Source of the DNA: Mantamonas sphyraenae STR306
Taxonomy: Eukaryota > Protista > CRuMs
DNA: 64,000 nt
Direction: 5' to 3'
Assembly: GCA_026936335.1 (NCBI GenBank)
Contig: JAPMXV010000008.1
Location: forward strand, 248,001-312,000
Positions within the stretch are counted from its first letter, which is position 1, and the number at the start of each line of letters is the position of its first letter. Under the pieces are notes generated by a model. That model saw only the letters and a list, made by a program, of their open reading frames with translations, was not told where the DNA came from and made no database searches. Below are positions 57,973 through 64,000 of this stretch, piece after piece. The position numbers and the translations under genes are program-made.

Positions 57973-59998
57973 CTGGAACTGCTGCTGCTTGAGGTTGAGG
58001 TTGCGGCGCTGTTTGCTCGCGCTTCCAGATCATCCGCGACGCTGATCCATCCGTGGCGTCGCGCACCCTGTTCGGCCCAGCTGAGGACGAGCGTGAAGTC
58101 GGAGATGTCAGTAAGTGTGCATGCGAGACATACCGCACCGTCATTGCTGCCATGGTGCACTCACAGTTCCAAAAAGTGGCAGCCCTGGAAGCTGCCGTCC
58201 GTGGCTCCGTCATACGCACCGGTGGGCAGTAGCGTCTCGATCACATTGAAGATAAAGTCAGGTTTGGCCAAACGCTGGCCATTTTCTGCCAGATGCAACA
58301 ACCGGTGTCAGCCTTCAGGGTGCGTGCAAGATACAAGAGTTCCGACGCTGCAACTCACCTTTGGTGACGTGCACAAAGTCAAAATACAGGTCTGGGTTGC
58401 GCTGGTGCATCAACTCCAGCTTTTCCTTGTCGTTCGGCTTGACCTTGCGGAACACAAGGCAGGTCAGTTTGCTGCGGCGCAGAAACGGGCTCGGGTCCAA
58501 GCGAAACTTGTTGCTGGGAGTCAGGTGAACCCAACAGATGTTTTCCACGTATTTGTAGCCCCAGCTGTTCAAGACGTTCATCACTTCCGAAATCAGTGTT
58601 TTTGGAGTCCAGATGAACATGAAGCCCTTTTCCATGATCTCGTCGAGACCGAGATGGTTCAGATCCCGTGGTTGGATGTACCCAGGGTCGTTCTCGTGAC
58701 CTTCCACAGCCCAGGGCGGGTCCAACAGCACGGCTTGCAAGCGCAGGTCACGGTACTGGGCGAAATCTGTACGGCAGTGGGAGGCGGCGAGCGAATGAGC
58801 AATGGGAGGTCCCAGAGAGTGCAGGTGAGGCTGGCAATGGTGGACAGCAAACTGACTGTGTTGCATAATGTGTGTGTGGAGGTAGGGCGACGATGCAGGG
58901 TCCGGGTTCAAGAAATCACCGTAAGCCTTGACTGTGGGCGCCCAGCTCAAGGGCACCGGATTGGGGATGCGAGTGTACACGGGCATAGTGGGGTCCACCA
59001 TTTTGACTCGCTTCTTGAGGGAAAACACGTTGCCCTGTGTGTCTGTGTGCTCCGCGAGCACGAGGCGTGTCCTCGGCGCACGTCCACCTCCACTGCTCTT
59101 GCTTGATGAACCTGTACACCCCGCACACCACGGGTGGATGTCAGCACGCTTGTTGACCAACAACGCCCTCGGGCACACACAGCCAACGTACTCTTGCGCT
59201 CGCGCGGCTTGCGCGCCTTGTCCGCTTTGAGTGACTTTTTCCGAGCCCGCTCGGCGAAATCGAACCACTGCTCAAATTCGTCGAAATAATCAACACTCTG
59301 TTCATCCTCGCTGTCGAGCAGGCCACGCCAAGGGCGGAGTGAGTGACGCGCATATGGAGAGGCGAAGATCGTCGAGTTGGCACTCACCTGTCCTGGAAGT
59401 CCTCGCCAAACCGATGCAAATCTCGCACAGCAGCATCCCGTCGAGCGTCTTGGACATTTCCAGCTCGCCGTACAGCTCCCGTTCCATCTCGATGGCTGTG
59501 GGCAGGGCAAGGGTGAGGACGGATTTTTGGCGCGAAAACCAAAGCATGGCGCGGTGCACGTACTACTTTGTTCTACCACGGCCTGCTTGACAGTGAATGC
59601 AGAGGTCATCTTGAATAGCTCGAGCTGCTGCTGTTCAGTGAGGGGTTGTTCATGACCGGATGCCTCGGCTGAGCTGGTGTGTTCTGGCGCGCTGCTGCTG
59701 CTTGCGCGGCTGTCCTCGCTCTGGATCTGCTCCAGGTACTCAAACTTGCGCATGATGCTTTCAACCGTCTCCTCATCCTCAGCGTACCCAAGATACATGG
59801 ACGCACTGCGTGCCGGTGGAGCCACAGGGGCGTATTTTGGATCAGTTTGTTGTGGATCAGCGCTGTTCGCCACAAAACGGCGCAAAGGGCAGAGCAAACC
59901 TACCTGGGAATCTTTTGCCGCCCGCCATTGTTGTTACGGCGGATCTTGCGTGTGGCTTGGCTACGTTGGGATGTCTTTCGCTTGGATGTGCGAGTCAT
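57888..59998 (-). CDS. MT-A70-family N6-adenine methyltransferase, multi-exon (exon boundaries approximate)
   Basis: AVLLDPPW catalytic motif, GFMFIW, WGYKYVENICWV, FLRRSKLTCLVFRK, LELMHQRNPD, KPDFIFNVIETLLP, FLEL|WA. Confidence 0.85.
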
Positions 59999-60139
59999 GG
60001 CTTTGGCAGGGGTTCAGCTGGCTCAGCTAGGGTCTCAAAACATTTTATTGCCAAAGATGGCACCTTGGCTGCCAATTGGAACCTCCACGCACACATTCGT
60101 CCCCGGCACGAGCATGGTGATCGGCTCACACGCGTGTTT

Positions 60140-60522
60140 TCACCAGCCTTGCTCGTCTGCCATCTGGTTCAACTTTTCGATCGCCTGCTTTTGCTGATCC
60201 TCGATCTTCTGAAGCGTCATTGACTGAGGGCAGGGCATTTGCAGCCATCCATGCGCCGATTTCCAATGGTCAGCAGACGCAAGGACGGTACGTGAAAGGC
60301 GTGGGCGGGTAAAAACGAACGCCTTGTGCGCGCGAAACGCACACCTCGCGCGGCGCAGCATTGGGGTTGCAAAAGGCCCAGGGCACATTCACTCACCTTG
60401 ATGGGCATCAATTTGGGCTTGCACAGCACCTCGTTGGTCACTGTCTGCTCCCAGTACACGACGCCGGCCTTGGGCATGACCTCCTGCAGCTCGTCGTTGC
60501 TCTGCGTCCACACATTGGCCAT
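60140..60522 (-). CDS. BBIP1: BBSome-interacting protein 1 (BBS18); 1 intron
   Basis: EVMPKAG...VLCKPKLMPIK|SMTLQKIE resembles the BBIP10 motif LCKPKLLPLKSLTLEKLE. Confidence 0.85.
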
Positions 60523-60679
60523 GGATGATTGTGTCAGCTTGCTCATTCCATCGATTCACATGTCCTTCGACCAACGACCCCTCCACAGCCCTCTGGTGGC
60601 CCATTTCCACGTACCTTGCCACTCATGCTCACAAACGGTCTGCGCAACGTGTGGCGGCGCCGGTGCATCCAGCTCTTGA

Positions 60680-62709
60680 ATGTCCACCACCATGCGATTG
60701 TCCACTTGGACTGCCATCGCGTGCGTGGCTGCTGCCGTTCTTCTCTTTGCAGCGACACCAACTGCGGCGTCCGAGGAGTCCAAGGAGCAGCAGTTTGACC
60801 TGATGCGCGCCGTCAGCCTTGCGCACCCGTACAACATCGAGGTGGAGCACAACAAGCGCGCTGCCCTCGAACTGCATATTGTCGCACAGCGTGCCTACGA
60901 AACCAAGGGCCCTACTCCCAGCCTGAACTTCCAGCTGCAGGAGCAGATGCCGCCATCCAAGCTGTGGGAAGCAGTCATGGACCCGCTCTCCCTGAACATG
61001 TCTGCCACAAAGCTTGTAGGTTCCTTCGCAGCAGCTCATACGCACACGCGCCCGGCCTCACAAGATGCCAAGTATTTCTGCGTGATTGCGGTTCCCTCAT
61101 TCCCGTTTGGCTGAGCACTGACGCGTGGGGCGGACGCATTCCCCCGTCCGACACAGCTTCGTCGCATCCACACCTGGGAAATCGACGCCAGCGGCGTGCA
61201 GCTGCAGCCGGGCTCCAACATGCGCATCCAGCTCAGCACATCCTCAGTTGCGCCTGTGGCTGTGTCTCTGGAGCTCGTGCAGCTTGGTAAGTGATGCCCA
61301 AAGGCACCGCGAGCTGTCGTTGCGTCCACGCGGCCGCCGCTGACCCTCTTCCCACTCTCACAGGCGAAGTTGGACAGTACCAAGTGCTCATTGCTGCCAT
61401 CCTTCTCATTGCCGTGTACATATTGATTATCTTTGACCTCATGCACCGCACCATTGCTGCGCTGCTGGGATCCTCAGTGACCCTCGTTGTGGTGTGGATG
61501 TTGCGCGAGAAGCCATCGCTTTCCCTTGTCGTCACTTGGATCGACGAGGGTGCCATCGGCCTTCTTCTCGGCATGATGATCATCATTGGCATCTTTTCAA
61601 CCACAGGGTTCTTCGAATTGGCCGCCGTCCAGGCCTTCAAGTACAGCGGCGGAAACATCTGGACGCTTACCTTGACCATGTGCATGATTTCCGCCGTCCT
61701 GTCGGCCTTTTTGGACAATGTGACCACCTTGTTACTGCTGGCACCCGTCACCCTGCGTCTGGCCAGCGTGGTCGAGCTCAACCCTGTCCCGTTGCTCCTT
61801 GCCGAAGTCATCAGCAGCAACGTCGGCGGCACTGCCACCATGATTGGCGACCCGCCCAATATCATTCTTGGCAACGCACTCAAGGACCACATTGACTTTA
61901 TGGGCTTCATCATCAATTTGACGCCGTGCCTGGTGGTTGCAATGGCCTTGACGCTACTCTACTTCCGCATCTACTGGCGCCACGAGTACAACAAGAAAGT
62001 GAACAACGACTACGACATCAGCGAACTCGAGGAACAGTTCTGTATCCATGACCGTGCCCTGTTCTGGAAGTGTGTGGCCGTGCTGACGCTGGTCATCCTC
62101 GGTTTCTTCCTCCATAGTGTGACCGAGCTGGAGCCGGCCTGGATTGCCATGCTCGGGGCAGCTATTTTGCTGCTCATCACCACGCCCGACGAACTGGACC
62201 CGTTTCTGGAAAAGGTGGAGTGGAGCACGCTGCTGTTCTTCGCTGCGCTCTTTGTGCTCATCGAGGGCCTGCAGGAGCTAGGGCTCATCCGATATCTGGG
62301 CAACCAGACCGCTATCTTCATCAAAGAGGTGGATCCCGAGAGTCAGCTGACAGTGGCCATGGTGCTCATCCTCTGGGTGAGTGCGATTGTCAGTGCGTTT
62401 GTTGACAACATCCCGTGGACAGCCACCATGGTGCCCATCATTGTCCAGCTGTACGACGATCCGCAACTCAGCCTGCCCATCAAGCCATTGGCCTGGTCGC
62501 TGTCGCTGGGTGCATGTCTGGGTGGCAACGGCACGCTGATTGGCGCCAGTGCAAACGTGGTCACCGTCGGCATTGCCGACCAAGCTGGCTACCCGATTTC
62601 CTTTGGCAAGTTTTTCAAGGTGGGCTTCCCTGTGATGCTCATCACAACCACTGTGGCCACAGGGTACGTCATCCTCGTGTACTCTGTTCTCGGGTGGGGT
62701 TTGGAGTAG
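60680..62709 (+). CDS. OCA2: P protein/OCA2-like ArsB/NhaD-family permease; 2 introns
   Basis: HRTIAALLG, LLLGMMII, SAFLDNVTT, SNVGGTATMIGDPPNI, VEWSTLLFFAALF, SAFVDNIP, GACLGGNGTLIGASANVV. Confidence 0.9.
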
Positions 62710-62949
62710 ATCGCAAGGAATGCACAAATTTCAAGCTATCGCGTGCAGCTGCTCGCCACAACGCACATCTACACACCTTTCACAGGGTGTGTTGTGTGTG
62801 TTGCCATGCTCAGTGCCTCTTGCATGCTCAGTGCACCCAGTGGCATCGTCTCCTCCACGTTGCTCGTCATTGCTCTCTTCCTTCCTCGTTGGATGCCCCC
62901 GCGCGCCAAAACCAAACGGTTAAGCCGAGAAATCCCACGTTTGAAAACC

Positions 62950-63617
62950 ATGGACCTCGCACACGCCACAGATCTCTTTGCATCAGCAGCCGACGAGCTG
63001 ACCCTCATCAAGGGCATTCACAAGGATGAGCGCGCCCTGGACAAGGCCGCACGCAAGCAACAGGCTGCTCTGGATGCGCAGTTGCAAGGTGAGTGAGAGT
63101 GGACGTCGGGCGAGTGGTTGACACCTGCTGGCACACGCTGACACTTGGACACGAAATCTGGATGGGATGGGATGGGATGGGCACTGCAGAGCTGCGTGCA
63201 CGTGTCAACACATTGCAAGAGTCGGCCACACGCGGTGAGACCGGTGAGGAGCACAAGGAGGCGATGTTCCAGCTGCGCCAGGACCTGCGCACGCTGCAGT
63301 CCCAGCTGCTGGCCATGGAGACAGAAAAGGCGTCGATGCAGGACAAACTGGCCGAGTACAGCATCCGCGCTGATGAGCTGGAGAGCCAGCTGGCTGAACT
63401 GGAACAGACCGAGTTGGACGTGGAGCCCGGGATGGCCGGCAAGGTCGACCTGTACTACGAGATCACACGCATCAAGTGGGACTATGACAACATTGGCAAG
63501 TGCAAGGGCACGGTGCACAACACAGATCACCTCAAGCCCTTTGATCTTCCGCTGGGGTTGACGGGCGACGTGGATTTCAAGACAACCAACACGCTCTGGG
63601 CTCTGATTGACGCATGA
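62950..63617 (+). CDS. SPC24: Kinetochore Ndc80-complex subunit Spc24-like; 1 intron (~63089-63189)
   Basis: Coiled coil followed by LYYEITRIKWDYD...KG...PFDL...NTLWALI, the Spc24 RWD-head pattern. Confidence 0.75.
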
Positions 63618-63952
63618 GAGGAGACAGACGGGGGAAAGGGGGAGGGACGCAGACACAGTGCCATGCCATTTGTACAGAAGAGTGGCCATTGGAATGGGAA
63701 TGAATGCCGGGATGACGAGGATGGGTGTTGCACAGCGAGTCCGTCAAGGGTCCAGCATCCATGCGGCGGTGTCTATGGCAAGGCAACGTCGAACACAGCG
63801 CTCTGCAGGTGCCATGATCACACACACCATGCACAAGCAACCCAGGAGCAAGGGAAACGACCAAGCACATGGTTGAGCAATGGAAATGTCCGATGTCCGA
63901 TGTGTGAAGGAGATGATGTGAAGCCCCTTGCATTGTTGTGATGTCTGTGTGC

Positions 63953-64000
63953 TTACTCCTCATCGCGCTTCCTGCGGCGCTTGCCCTTGACCTTCTCTGT
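63953..64000 (-). CDS. C-terminal fragment of a gene starting beyond the window (...TEKVKGKRRRKRDEE*)
   Basis: Open frame from the window edge to TAA at 63955-63953. Confidence 0.4.
   Translation of the reverse strand, partial: TEKVKGKRRRKRDEE

Noticed and set aside
1-64000. CRISPR array or cas genes linked to the RuvC protein
   Set aside because: No regularly spaced direct repeats; the context is eukaryotic and the repeats seen are microsatellites.

Overview
Gene-dense, GC-rich DNA from a eukaryote, most likely a flagellated protist (IQCH and BBIP1 present). It has short GT-AG spliceosomal introns, intergenic gaps often under 200 bp and about 27 protein-coding genes. Most are housekeeping: UBE2Q- and UBE2W-like E2s, stomatin-like protein 2, a RasGAP, a giant coiled-coil RasGEF, an Ac45-like V-ATPase subunit, COQ1/PDSS1, NPL4, a JmjC protein, KAE1/OSGEP, Rac, HADHA, DPH7, NDUFS5, a BK/Slo K+ channel, an FkbM methyltransferase, a C2-AGC kinase, an MT-A70 methyltransferase, BBIP1, OCA2 and SPC24. 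The standout is a minus-strand locus at about 6.45-12.8 kb. It encodes a giant (~1,900 aa) Fanzor/TnpB-family protein with all three RuvC acidic residues and a C4 zinc finger, an apparent spliceosomal intron and a very long unrecognised N-terminal region. Just downstream is a multi-hairpin candidate omegaRNA that overlaps the stop codon and poly(A) signal of the convergent stomatin gene. All family assignments are from motif recognition by eye; no searches were run.
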